Origin: Bacteroidia bacterium
GTDB taxonomy: Bacteria > Bacteroidota > Bacteroidia > AKYH767-A > OLB10
Assembly: GCA_044448905.1 (NCBI GenBank)
Contig: JBIOHJ010000001.1
Location: 1 to 61,282, forward strand
Length of the DNA stretch: 61,282 bases
Reading direction: 5' to 3'
Below the pieces are notes generated by a model, which was not told the origin of the DNA, made no database searches, and worked only from the letters and a program-made list of their open reading frames with translations. Within the stretch, counting starts at the first letter, position 1. Every line of letters begins with the position of its first letter. A program made the position numbers and the translations under genes. Below, in pieces: positions 7,512 to 17,766 of this stretch.

Positions 7512-10500
7512 ATGAAGAATTTGCTAACATTATTATTAACGTTAAGTTTTGTTTCTGTTGCGCTTGCGCAGAAAACTTTTCCGGTTAACGGAGTTCAGGA
7601 CGAACGCCATTTAATATATGCTTTTCGCAACGCAAAAATTTTTATTGATTACAAAACATCCATTGACAGCGCAACGCTTTTAATACGGGACGGAAAAATT
7701 CTGGATGTCGGAAAAAATGTAAAAATACCTGGAGGTGCTGTTGTTTATGATTTAAAAGGAAAGAATATTTATCCTTCTTTTATTGATTTGATTTCGGATT
7801 ACGGAATTAACATTGAGAAGAAATCAACCGACAAACCACGCGGACCTCAATTTCTTTCCAACACAAAAGGCGCTTACGGTTGGAACCAGGCAATTCGCCC
7901 CGAGACCGAAGCTATAAAATTATTTAATGCTGATGAAAAGAAGGCCGAAGAGTTGAGGAATAACGGTTTCGGTGCTGTTCTTTCTCAGCAACGCGATGGC
8001 ATTGCACGTGGCTCTGCAGTTTTTGTTTCAACCGGAAACGGGAAAGAAAATGATTTGATTATAAAAGATAAAGCGGCTGCCTGTTATTCATTCGACAAAG
8101 GTTCATCCACCCAGGATTATCCCGGCTCATTGATGGGATGTATAGCATTGCTACGACAAACATATCTTGATGCGCAGTGGTACAAAGAAGGAGGCTCAAC
8201 TCTTGAGTATAATCTTTCTCTTGATGCATGGAATAATTTACAATTGCTGCCTCAGTTGTTTGAAGTAAAGGACAAACAATCGTTATTAAGAGCCGATAAA
8301 ATTGGTGACGAGTTTGGTGTGAGTTATATTATTAAAGGAAGTGGTGATGAATATCAGCGTATCAACGAAATAAAAAATTCAAAAGTTCCGCTGGTTATTC
8401 CAGTGAATTTTCCTGATGCATATGATGTAAGCGATCCATATGATGCATTAAACATTTCATTGAAGGAAATGAAACATTGGGAAATGGCTCCCGCTAATGC
8501 ATCTTTTCTTGAAAAAGCCGGAATCAGCTTTGCATTTACATCAGCTGACTTAAAGGACCGTAAAGATTTTCTGAAAAATATTCGTAAAGCAATTGAACTT
8601 GGCTTAACTGAAACTTCGGCACTAAAAGCAGTAACACAAGCTCCTGCCGAATTACTTGGTGTGCAAAATCAAATTGGCAACCTGAACAAAGGCATGATTG
8701 CGAATTTTATTATCACTTCAAAAAATGTTTTTGATAAAGAGAATGTAATTCATGAAAACTGGGTGCAGGGTAAACGTTATATTGCAAAAAGCTACGGACC
8801 AAAAGATATACGCGGAAATTTTGAATTGCTGATAGAAAACCTGCCTCCCATGCAGCTCGAAATAAAAGGAGAAGCATCCAATCAGCAGTTAAGCATTAAA
8901 GAGGATAGTGTTAAAACAAATGTTATATTTTCATTTGCCCAGGATAATTATACCTTACAGTTTGAGCTGAAAAAAAATTCTTCAAAAGGCTTGGTGAGAC
9001 TGTCAGGAACTGTTTCGGATGAAAACCAAAAAACATTATCCGGCAACGGGCAGCTCAGTGACGGATCGTGGATAAAATGGAAAACAAAATTTGTTTCTGA
9101 ATTCAAGACTGAAGAGAAAAAAGATACTACACAGAAAGAAAAACCAACTGTTGGCGATTTGCTTTATCCCAATATGGCTTATGGCTTTAAAGAATTTCCG
9201 GCTGCAAAAACTGTTCTTATAAAAAATGCAACTGTGTGGACAAATGAACAGGATGGAATCCTGCAGAACACTGATGTATTAATTCAGAATGGAAAGATTG
9301 CGCGTATTGGAAAGAGCATAAATGTACCGGAAGCAAAAACAATTGATGGCACCGGCAAACACATATCAGCCGGGATTATTGATGAACATTCGCACATTGC
9401 AATCAGCGGTGATGTAAACGAGTGTACACAAGCTGTTACTTCCGAAGTGCGGATTGGCGATGTGGTGGATGCCGATGATGTGAATATTTACAGGCAACTT
9501 GCCGGGGGAGTAACTTCATCACATTTGCTTCATGGCTCATGCAACCCCGTTGGCGGTCAAACACAACTAATAAAACTACGCTGGGGAAAATCGCCCGAAG
9601 AAATGAAAGTTATCCCGTGGGATGGTTTTATAAAATTTGCATTGGGCGAAAATGTAAAGCAAAGCAATTGGGGCGACCAAAACACCACACGTTACCCGCA
9701 AACACGTATGGGTGTTGAACAGGTTTATGTGAACGCGTTCACGGAAGCGCGTGAATATGATAATGCATGGAAAAAATACCGCGCTGATACTAAACTTTTA
9801 AAACCAAGAAAAGATTTAGAGTTGGAAGCCTTGGTTGAAATTCTGAATTCAAAAAGATTTATCACTTGCCATTCGTATCAGCAGGGAGAAATTAATATGC
9901 TTATGCATGTTGCGGATACTTTTAATTTCCTTGTAAATACATTCACACACATATTAGAAGGATATAAGGTTGCTGATAAAATGAAAAAGCATGGTGTGGG
10001 TGCTTCTTCCTTTGCCGATTGGTGGGCGTATAAATTTGAAGTGATTGAAGCTATACCATATAATGGCGCCATATTAAATAAAATGGGAGTGATTACTGCT
10101 TTCAATTCGGATGATGGTGAAATGGCAAGAAGGTTAAACCAAGAAGCAGCCAAAGCAGTTAAATATGGAAATATTCCGGAAGAAGAAGCATTAAAGTTTG
10201 TTACACTCAATCCTGCAAAGCTGTTGCATGTGGACGATCGTGTGGGGAGCATTAAAGTTGGAAAGGATGCTGATATTGTTTTATGGTCCGATAATCCCTT
10301 ATCAATTTATGCAAAAGTCCTTCAGACTTATGTAGATGGTGTTTGTTATTTTGATGAACAAATTGACAAGAACAACCGCGAATACATAGTAAAAGAACGC
10401 GCACGCTTAATTCAGAAAATGAACAGCGAAAAAAACAAAGGCAGTGCTACACAAAAACCATCACAGCAGTTGGAAGAATTAAAACATTGCAATGAAGTTG

Positions 10501-10517
10501 AGTCATTACCTCATTGA
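7512..10517 (+). CDS. amidohydrolase-family protein (large, secreted)
   Basis: 1001 aa. Signal peptide. Metal-ligand motif IIDEHSHIAISG, C-terminal GSIKVGKDADIVLW typical of amidohydrolase-fold enzymes. Confidence 0.8.
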   Translation: MKNLLTLLLTLSFVSVALAQKTFPVNGVQDERHLIYAFRNAKIFIDYKTSIDSATLLIRDGKILDVGKNVKIPGGAVVYDLKGKNIYPSFIDLISDYGINIEKKSTDKPRGPQFLSNTKGAYGWNQAIRPETEAIKLFNADEKKAEELRNNGFGAVLSQQRDGIARGSAVFVSTGNGKENDLIIKDKAAACYSFDKGSSTQDYPGSLMGCIALLRQTYLDAQWYKEGGSTLEYNLSLDAWNNLQLLPQLFEVKDKQSLLRADKIGDEFGVSYIIKGSGDEYQRINEIKNSKVPLVIPVNFPDAYDVSDPYDALNISLKEMKHWEMAPANASFLEKAGISFAFTSADLKDRKDFLKNIRKAIELGLTETSALKAVTQAPAELLGVQNQIGNLNKGMIANFIITSKNVFDKENVIHENWVQGKRYIAKSYGPKDIRGNFELLIENLPPMQLEIKGEASNQQLSIKEDSVKTNVIFSFAQDNYTLQFELKKNSSKGLVRLSGTVSDENQKTLSGNGQLSDGSWIKWKTKFVSEFKTEEKKDTTQKEKPTVGDLLYPNMAYGFKEFPAAKTVLIKNATVWTNEQDGILQNTDVLIQNGKIARIGKSINVPEAKTIDGTGKHISAGIIDEHSHIAISGDVNECTQAVTSEVRIGDVVDADDVNIYRQLAGGVTSSHLLHGSCNPVGGQTQLIKLRWGKSPEEMKVIPWDGFIKFALGENVKQSNWGDQNTTRYPQTRMGVEQVYVNAFTEAREYDNAWKKYRADTKLLKPRKDLELEALVEILNSKRFITCHSYQQGEINMLMHVADTFNFLVNTFTHILEGYKVADKMKKHGVGASSFADWWAYKFEVIEAIPYNGAILNKMGVITAFNSDDGEMARRLNQEAAKAVKYGNIPEEEALKFVTLNPAKLLHVDDRVGSIKVGKDADIVLWSDNPLSIYAKVLQTYVDGVCYFDEQIDKNNREYIVKERARLIQKMNSEKNKGSATQKPSQQLEELKHCNEVESLPH

Positions 10518-10532
10518 ATTTAATAGCTAAAA

Positions 10533-11852
10533 ATGAATACTAAATATTTCCCCGCGTCTCTGCGTCTCTGCGTTAAAATATTTTTTTTATTGGTTATAGC
10601 ATCAAACACTTTTTCACAAAACCCTGCTCCTGTCCTCCCGCAATCAAAAAGTATTTTACTGATAAATGGTTCTGCACACCTCGGTAACGGAAAAGTAATA
10701 GAAAACTCAGCCATTGGTTTTAAAGGCGGAAAACTAAATTTAGTGGCTGATGCAACACTGATTAAGTTACAGCAGGGGGAGTATGATACAATTATTAATG
10801 TCAGTGGCAAACAGGTTTATCCCGGATTTATTGCAGCAAATACCGTTCTGGGTTTAAGCGAAATTGATTTGGTTCGCGCCACCAGGGATATGAATGAAAC
10901 CGGTTCGCTGAATCCTGAGACACGGTCAATTATTGCCTACAATACTGACTCAAAAGTAACACCAACTGTACGCTCAAACGGAGTATTGCTTGCTCAAATA
11001 GTGCCGCAAGGTGGATTAATTTCCGGTCAGTCATCAGTTGTAGAACTTGATGCATGGAACTGGGAAGACGCTGCCTATAAAACCGATATTGGCATTCATC
11101 TCAATTGGCCGAACATGACTCTTTTTAAAGGACAAGGTGCGGCACCGGAAGAAGATCAAAAAAAGAATACCGATAAAGCCCTGCAGGATATTCGTGACTT
11201 ATTTAACGATGCCAAAGCATACAGCGAGCTGAAAAATCCCGAAAATAAAAACCTGCATCTTGAATCCATGAAAGGGTTGTTTACAGGAACAAAAAAAATA
11301 TTTGTACAAGCAAATAATGTAAAACAAATTATTGCCGCAGTAAATTTTTGTAAAGAATATAAAATTAAAATGGTGCTCGTTGGCGGAGACGATTCATGGC
11401 ACGCTACAGATTTGTTGAAAGAAAATAATGTTCCGGTAATTGTTGGCAGAACTCACTCGCTTCCCCCAAGACAGGATGAAGATGTTGACTTACCATATAA
11501 ACTTCCTTTTTTACTGCAAAAAGCAGGTGTTACATTTTGCAACAGCAATGAAGGGTTCTGGCAGGTGCGTAATCTTTCTTTTAATGCCGGCACTGATGTT
11601 CCCTATGGATTAACGAAAGAAGAAGCTTTAACTGCCATTACTTTATCCCCTGCAAAAATTCTCGGCATTGACAGTAACGTTGGCTCTCTTGAAGATGGAA
11701 AAGATGCCACAATAATTGTTTCTTCAGGTGATGCCCTCGATATGCGAACCAATAATATTGAAATGGCTTTTATCCGCGGAAAGCAAATTGATTTGGATAA
11801 TGTGCAGAAGCAGCTTTATAGGAAGTATGTGGAAAAGTATGGGCTAAAATAA
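10533..11852 (+). CDS. amidohydrolase-family protein (partner of the upstream gene)
   Basis: 439 aa. Signal peptide. C-terminal LSPAKILGIDSNVGSLEDGKDATIIV motif. Starts 16 nt after the preceding stop. Confidence 0.75.
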   Translation: MNTKYFPASLRLCVKIFFLLVIASNTFSQNPAPVLPQSKSILLINGSAHLGNGKVIENSAIGFKGGKLNLVADATLIKLQQGEYDTIINVSGKQVYPGFIAANTVLGLSEIDLVRATRDMNETGSLNPETRSIIAYNTDSKVTPTVRSNGVLLAQIVPQGGLISGQSSVVELDAWNWEDAAYKTDIGIHLNWPNMTLFKGQGAAPEEDQKKNTDKALQDIRDLFNDAKAYSELKNPENKNLHLESMKGLFTGTKKIFVQANNVKQIIAAVNFCKEYKIKMVLVGGDDSWHATDLLKENNVPVIVGRTHSLPPRQDEDVDLPYKLPFLLQKAGVTFCNSNEGFWQVRNLSFNAGTDVPYGLTKEEALTAITLSPAKILGIDSNVGSLEDGKDATIIVSSGDALDMRTNNIEMAFIRGKQIDLDNVQKQLYRKYVEKYGLK

Positions 11853-11879
11853 GCGCTTTGCCATTTACTTTTTTATATT

Positions 11880-11898
11880 TGCCATAGAAATTATGGCA
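11880..11898 (+). terminator. hairpin downstream of the amidohydrolase pair
   Basis: TGCCATA-GAAAT-TATGGCA, 7-bp stem, 28 nt after the stop and followed by TT. Weak T-tract. Confidence 0.35.
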
Positions 11899-12050
11899 TT
11901 CTTAACCTTTCAGAGAAATATTTTTAGCCTCTTGTAAAACCAATTAGTTATTTTATTAGCATTGTCCTTTGATTTTGAACTTGGCCTATTGAAACTTTAA
12001 TTATACAATTTATGAATCCAACTAATTCTAACTCCTAAAACCTAAACATT

Positions 12051-12482
12051 ATGAAAACCTATCATTTGTTATTTATTGCTTTAATCGGTTATGTTGTAAC
12101 CGGATGTACTTGCCCTAATCCAACAAAGGAAAAATGTACGGAATTATATCCGTGTCCGGAAACAACAACTTCAGCTTGTGCGGCATGTGCAGCAGGCGCA
12201 GCTATCACTTCGATAACTTTGGAAGAAGCGCAAACATTAATTAACAATGCCAAATCCCATATCACCGAATATAAGAGTGGTGTCAATGTAAACCCATGTC
12301 AGATTTGTCTTATTTCTCAGGTATCTCAAGGAATATTTGTGAGCATTGGTTTATTGTCAGATAATGTAACTCCGGCATTAGTAGCAAAATATTTTTTAGC
12401 TACTGGAGATTCCGCTTATGCTAATGTAACCGGATCTTATCCCGGAGGCACTCTTTGCCCTCCCGGAACAAAATGTAATTAA
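12051..12482 (+). CDS. Cys-rich lipoprotein, hypothetical
   Basis: 143 aa. Lipobox-like YVVTGC after a hydrophobic signal sequence. About 11 Cys residues. Confidence 0.6.
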   Translation: MKTYHLLFIALIGYVVTGCTCPNPTKEKCTELYPCPETTTSACAACAAGAAITSITLEEAQTLINNAKSHITEYKSGVNVNPCQICLISQVSQGIFVSIGLLSDNVTPALVAKYFLATGDSAYANVTGSYPGGTLCPPGTKCN

Positions 12483-12501
12483 TATTGTTACTTAACTTAG
12501 C

Positions 12502-12523
12502 TGATGTTCATATATGAACATCA
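12502..12523 (+). terminator. 22-bp perfect palindrome (hairpin) followed by a T-rich tract
   Basis: TGATGTTCATATATGAACATCA, then TTCAGTTTTCTATTTTT. Lies between two co-directional lipoprotein genes. Confidence 0.5.
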
Positions 12524-12542
12524 TTCAGTTTTCTATTTTTAT

Positions 12543-13709
12543 ATGGATAAGCGCAGTTTAATAATTTTAGGATTGTTTTTATTGGGACTAAGTTCCTGCG
12601 TAAATACATGCAACTGTAATGGTGATAAACCTGCTCCCGAAACAGTTGCTATTCATAATCCAATATATCCCGATCATAATGATCCTGAAACTCCCGATAT
12701 TTTCAATCCGGTTACGTTTACTTTGTTTCTAAAAAATGATGCAGAAATAAAAGAAGTAAAACTGTCTATTACTAAGAAAGTACTTAATGTAGTAACCTTA
12801 GCATGGGGAGCATCAGTTGCTGTTACAAGTTTTACATGGAGCGAACCGGTAAATTTTCCGTTGACATTTCAATACAGCACTGGTTTTAACAAAAACGAAT
12901 TAATAACGTATGTTTTTAATGTAACCCCCACGAACACTTCCTATGCAGCTTATGAACATAAAGTAATTTTTGCGACCCGTCCATATCCGTTTTCAATGGC
13001 AACCGATGCAGCAAATAGCCAGCCCGCACCCATTTACATAACGGCTCATACGGATAGTGCCTGTAACGTAGTATTTATTCCTGATGTTGATCTGGAAGAG
13101 TTGGTAACACGGACTTCTGTTAATTGGCGCTATTATTTTTTTAACAGCATTCGGGATAATATTTTAAACGGAATTTTTGGTGATCCCTCAACTAAGGGTT
13201 ATTTCAGAGGATATAATTTTTACATCAATGCTGTGAAAGGAGAAGTGGATCCGGTAAACAATCTTTTTGATGCACCTGACAATCTTGCTAATATTGAATT
13301 TACTCAGGGAAAAAGTTACATGCATAACAAAGAATATGTAGAATTTTCAAACAACAGTTCGCTGATGAAATCATTTTCGAACCGGATTTATAATCGGGGT
13401 ACTTTTATGCATGAAAGCGGACACGTGTTATATTTTCTTGCCGATGAATATGAATATGGATTGCATTGGCAGGACGCAACTACTCCAAATAATTGGCGCA
13501 CTTATGCAAATGCCAAATCAGCAGCGCCTTCTTACGGTTTAAGTGAAGAACACATTTGCCCACTGAAAGAACCCACAGCAATTGATTCGTGTTATATTCT
13601 TTGCCCTTATGAAGGATGCCAGATGGGCATGTGCGGTTTATCAATAATTTATTATTGCAAGCCGTGTAAAAAAGCCGTTGAAAGATGGATGGACATTTAT
13701 ACTAATTAA
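12543..13709 (+). CDS. lipoprotein zinc metallopeptidase, M64 (IgA-peptidase)-like
   Basis: Start chosen at MDKRSLIILGLFLLGLSSC (lipobox). HESGH followed by LADEYEYG matches the HExxH...ADEY signature of family M64. Confidence 0.55.
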   Translation: MDKRSLIILGLFLLGLSSCVNTCNCNGDKPAPETVAIHNPIYPDHNDPETPDIFNPVTFTLFLKNDAEIKEVKLSITKKVLNVVTLAWGASVAVTSFTWSEPVNFPLTFQYSTGFNKNELITYVFNVTPTNTSYAAYEHKVIFATRPYPFSMATDAANSQPAPIYITAHTDSACNVVFIPDVDLEELVTRTSVNWRYYFFNSIRDNILNGIFGDPSTKGYFRGYNFYINAVKGEVDPVNNLFDAPDNLANIEFTQGKSYMHNKEYVEFSNNSSLMKSFSNRIYNRGTFMHESGHVLYFLADEYEYGLHWQDATTPNNWRTYANAKSAAPSYGLSEEHICPLKEPTAIDSCYILCPYEGCQMGMCGLSIIYYCKPCKKAVERWMDIYTN

Positions 13710-13710
13710 T

Positions 13711-14268
13711 ATGCTCATGCTTAAGAAATATAATTTGTTATCTCTTGCCTTTGTAGGCATTACTCTGGCATTAATTATTTCTTCGTGCAATAATGCCGGA
13801 AGTGATCCAACTGAAGAGGTAAAAAACAGAAAATCGGATTTTAATCCCGACTATTTTCGTTCCGGTAATAACTTTTACTATTCATTAAAAGTCCTTTATA
13901 ATCATGGCGACTATTCATTAGCCGACACTACTGTTTTCAAAATTCCAGGACGATACAGGAACCCAAAAACTAATGGTGATTTAAATATCTTTTACCGTGA
14001 TGCCGGAGGAATTATTTTTGATACATTAACCACTTCGTTTCCATTTCACTTTTTGAAGGAATTTAAAAATGTGAAGGATACCGCCTCTCATATTATGGGT
14101 TTTGATTCCGTTGTATTCATGCTTCCCCTTTCAAACAGAAACAGCACCTATTCAATTTCTTTTTCTGACAAGACTTTTGTACTTGATAGTTTAATGGTTC
14201 CTGATGATACGCTTGATGTCATGGATCAAAACTTCAATGCTGCTTTAGATTCATCGGTTTTCAATTAA
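13711..14268 (+). CDS. hypothetical lipoprotein
   Basis: Start at MLMLKKYNLLSLAFVGITLALIISSC (lipobox), 1 nt after the preceding stop. Confidence 0.55.
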   Translation: MLMLKKYNLLSLAFVGITLALIISSCNNAGSDPTEEVKNRKSDFNPDYFRSGNNFYYSLKVLYNHGDYSLADTTVFKIPGRYRNPKTNGDLNIFYRDAGGIIFDTLTTSFPFHFLKEFKNVKDTASHIMGFDSVVFMLPLSNRNSTYSISFSDKTFVLDSLMVPDDTLDVMDQNFNAALDSSVFN

Positions 14269-14321
14269 TCGCGTAGGAATGGATATTTTATTTCCTCCTT
14301 TTAAGAGGGTTGAATTTTGAT

Positions 14322-14329
14322 TACTTTTG
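14322..14329 (+). promoter_or_regulatory. -7 promoter box TACTTTTG
   Basis: Perfect TAnnTTTG, 22 nt upstream of the ATG at 14351. Confidence 0.45.
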
Positions 14330-14350
14330 ATTGATGTTTCTAATAATTAT

Positions 14351-17300
14351 ATGATCATAAGAATTATTCAACTTTTTGTTTGCTCTGTTTTTTGTGCCTT
14401 TCTTACCCAGAATATTTCTTTTGGACAATTAACTTCCGCTCAATTTGATCAAATTACAATTGAAAGCGGCCTGTCAAGCAGCAATGTAAGGGCTATTTGC
14501 CAGGACTCAAGTGGTTATATCTGGATTGGAACCGCTGATGGATTAAATAAATTTGATGGCGTAAATTTTACTGTCTATAATCATGTTCCGGATGATTCAG
14601 GTTCATTGTCTGATAATTTCATTAACCGGCTTTTGGTTGACAGAAATGGAATTTTATGGATAGGTACATTAAACGGACTTAATATATTTGATCCTGTTTC
14701 TGAAATTTTTTATGCTATTCCGCTTGATAACAAAGTCGGTAACAAAGCGGAACAAACAGAAATCACAAGCTTAATGGCTGACTTTGAAAATAATATTTGG
14801 GTTGGCAGCAGTAAACCATCAGGAGTATTTAAGATTTTCAAAAATCATAATAAAAAAAAATACAGTTATACTTCTGCTTTCTTTCCGTTACCCGATGCAG
14901 TTCCGGATCCGGCTCACCCTGAATATGTGTTTAGCATTTGCTTTAGCAGCAAGCATAAAAACACAGTCTGGATGGGTACTAAATATGGATTATACAAGAT
15001 TCTTTTCCTGCAGGGAAATAATGGAAAAGAAACTGTACAATGGAAAAAAATTACTTATAACCCGACACAAAAGAATTCTTTAGGAAACTCTTTTGTAAAT
15101 GATGTTACAGAAGATAATGAAGGTGCTGTCTGGATAAATTATTTTAACGGTGGAATTGACCGGATCTTCCCCTCTGTAAACAATGTCTTTGAACAGGACA
15201 GTATTATTCATTTTTATTCTGAAACAAACAATCATAAGAAATCAGAGTTCATGAGTGCCATTAAAGACCATTTGGGAAATATGTGGTTTGGTTCTTTCTA
15301 TGACGGTTTGTTTAAAGTTACTCCTTCCGGAAATATTTCATATAAGACAAATATAAATTTCTTGAATTTCAAAAATATTCCCGGGAATTTTAAAAGTCTT
15401 ATCAGCAACCAGATTAATACCCTTTTTGAAGACCAGTCCGGTCTTCTATGGATTGGTACTGATGTTGGCATTTCTATTTATAACCGTAACAAGGAGAATT
15501 ATACCGTTTCAGATTGGAGCTTATTTCCGGAGGAAAATGGAATTTCAATAACAGCCATTGAAAATGACATAGATTATTTATGGTTAGGGACTGATGACTT
15601 TGGAGTGGCTGGTGTTAATAAAAAAACCAACCAGATTTTTAAAGCTTCTCATTCGGATTTGCAGCCAAACAGTTTAAATAATAATACTGTCTTAGCCATA
15701 TTGAAGGATCATAATGGAAATATCTGGGTAGGAACCGGAAGCGGATTGAATTTATTGAAGAGAAAAGATATTGAAAGTGTTAGTGCTAAAGAAAGCAATG
15801 AAACAAAAATTACAAACTTAACAGTTAAAAGATTTTATAAAGACCTAAATGAAACCAATACCATTTATGAAATATACGCTTTGCTTGAAGACGATGAAAA
15901 TAATTTATGGATTGGATCTTCGGCTGGTGTTGTTTGCATGAATACCGATAATTTAAGCATCCTTAAAAAAATAGATTTCGGAAGGGGAAATGCCCAACTT
16001 GCCAGGTGCTTATTTATGGATAAAACAGGTCACATTTGGATTGGAACCGAAGACGGATTAAATGAATTAAACAAAAAGACCGGAAAAATTATTAAATATT
16101 ACAACAATATATCCGATAAAAACAGTTTAAGCAGCAACCGCATCGCTTCCATTTATCAAACCAAAGACAGCATTTATTGGATTGGAACAAGTGGTGGTGG
16201 ATTGAACAAATTTGATAAACAAAAAAAAATATTTAAAAACTATACTATTGAAAATGGCTTGCCTAACAACGTAATCAATGCAATTGTTGATGATGATAAT
16301 GGAAACCTGTGGCTGTCCACTAATAATGGGTTATCAAAATTCAATATCAAAGAGGAAACATTTACCAATTATAATACAAACGATGGATTGAAAAGTAATG
16401 GTTTTAATATTGGGGCTGCATTTAAATCATTAAACGGAGAAATATTTTTTGGCAGCATTAAAGGATTAAATTCCTTCTATCCGGAAAAGCTGACTAAAAA
16501 CAATTTTATTCCTCCGGTTGTTATTACCGACTTTAAAATATTCGATAAATCCGTTTTTAAATCCGGATTAGATAAAATAAAAAAATCATTACTAAATGAT
16601 AAGTTTGTTCAGCTTGAAGCCAATCAGAATTTTTTCTCGTTCGAATTTGCTGCACTAAACTACATTAACTCTTCAAAAAATCAATATAAATATATGTTGG
16701 AAGGCGTAGATCCTGACTGGATTAATAACGGCACCCGCAGGTTTGCAAGCTATACCAATATTGATCCCGGTACATATACATTTCGTGTTAAAGGTTCAAA
16801 CAATGATGGTATATGGAATGAAAAAGGAGCGTCTGTTACAGTAAGTATCAAACCTCCAATCTATAAAACATGGTGGTTCCGAACAATTGCTGCGATAATA
16901 ATTGCATTCCTTATTTCATTTGTTACACAACTGCGCATTCGTGCCGTACATGAAAAGAAAGAAAGAGAACTGGCTGAACATTCTTCCAACATGAAACAGC
17001 AGTTCCTGGCAAACATGAGTCATGAAATTCGTACACCTATGAATGCCATTTTAGGAATGACACGATTGATGATTGATAAAGACCCGCGCGATGATCAAAA
17101 AAAATATTTGAATGCGATTAAACAATCTTCCGATAACCTGCTTGTAATTATTAATGACATTCTCGATTTTTCAAAAATTGAAGCCGGCAGGCTCGAACTT
17201 GAATTCATTCCATTCAGCATTTCAAAAGTTCTTGAAGGGGTATATAGCACCATGCAATTTAAAGCAGCTGAAAAGAGTTTGGAACTAACCTACAAAATAG

Positions 17301-17701
17301 ATGATAAAGTTCCGGCTGCGGCAATAGGCGATGCTGTGAGATTAAATGAAATACTCATCAATCTTGTGGGCAATTCGTTAAAGTTTACACATCAGGGTGG
17401 GGTGAGGATTACGTGCCGTAACCTGGGAAGTTATTCCGATACACATGGAACAGTTATACCCGATATCTTAAACATTGAATTTTCGGTTTCCGATACCGGT
17501 ATTGGAATTCCTGAAGATAAACTGGGAACAATTTTCGAGAGTTTTTCGCAGGCAAGCAGTTCAACAACGCGCAAATATGGTGGCACCGGTTTGGGTTTAA
17601 CCATTTCTAAATACTTAGTCGAATTACATGGAGGAAAAATTTCAGTAAAAAGCAAAGAAGGAAGTGGTACCATTTTCACATTGTTATTCCGCTCGAACTA
17701 A
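14351..17701 (+). CDS. sensor histidine kinase with periplasmic beta-propeller/Y_Y_Y sensor (kinase part of a split hybrid kinase)
   Basis: Repeated WIGT/WxGS two-component regulator propeller motifs, a TM helix, H-box SHEIRTPMN, N/G boxes (NLVGNSLKFT, DTGIGI, GGTGLGL). The frame ends abruptly right after GSGTIFT. Confidence 0.85.
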   Translation: MIIRIIQLFVCSVFCAFLTQNISFGQLTSAQFDQITIESGLSSSNVRAICQDSSGYIWIGTADGLNKFDGVNFTVYNHVPDDSGSLSDNFINRLLVDRNGILWIGTLNGLNIFDPVSEIFYAIPLDNKVGNKAEQTEITSLMADFENNIWVGSSKPSGVFKIFKNHNKKKYSYTSAFFPLPDAVPDPAHPEYVFSICFSSKHKNTVWMGTKYGLYKILFLQGNNGKETVQWKKITYNPTQKNSLGNSFVNDVTEDNEGAVWINYFNGGIDRIFPSVNNVFEQDSIIHFYSETNNHKKSEFMSAIKDHLGNMWFGSFYDGLFKVTPSGNISYKTNINFLNFKNIPGNFKSLISNQINTLFEDQSGLLWIGTDVGISIYNRNKENYTVSDWSLFPEENGISITAIENDIDYLWLGTDDFGVAGVNKKTNQIFKASHSDLQPNSLNNNTVLAILKDHNGNIWVGTGSGLNLLKRKDIESVSAKESNETKITNLTVKRFYKDLNETNTIYEIYALLEDDENNLWIGSSAGVVCMNTDNLSILKKIDFGRGNAQLARCLFMDKTGHIWIGTEDGLNELNKKTGKIIKYYNNISDKNSLSSNRIASIYQTKDSIYWIGTSGGGLNKFDKQKKIFKNYTIENGLPNNVINAIVDDDNGNLWLSTNNGLSKFNIKEETFTNYNTNDGLKSNGFNIGAAFKSLNGEIFFGSIKGLNSFYPEKLTKNNFIPPVVITDFKIFDKSVFKSGLDKIKKSLLNDKFVQLEANQNFFSFEFAALNYINSSKNQYKYMLEGVDPDWINNGTRRFASYTNIDPGTYTFRVKGSNNDGIWNEKGASVTVSIKPPIYKTWWFRTIAAIIIAFLISFVTQLRIRAVHEKKERELAEHSSNMKQQFLANMSHEIRTPMNAILGMTRLMIDKDPRDDQKKYLNAIKQSSDNLLVIINDILDFSKIEAGRLELEFIPFSISKVLEGVYSTMQFKAAEKSLELTYKIDDKVPAAAIGDAVRLNEILINLVGNSLKFTHQGGVRITCRNLGSYSDTHGTVIPDILNIEFSVSDTGIGIPEDKLGTIFESFSQASSSTTRKYGGTGLGLTISKYLVELHGGKISVKSKEGSGTIFTLLFRSN

Positions 17702-17766
17702 CCGATGTTTCCAATATAGTTTCTGAAAAAACCCGGGATGAATTAATTCCAAAGTCCTCGCTCAGC

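Noticed and set aside
17675-17685. Programmed -1 ribosomal frameshift joining kinase and receiver
   Set aside because: There is no slippery heptamer of the X XXY YYZ type, and no downstream pseudoknot is evident. A simple 1-nt indel (real or a sequencing artefact) is the more economical explanation.
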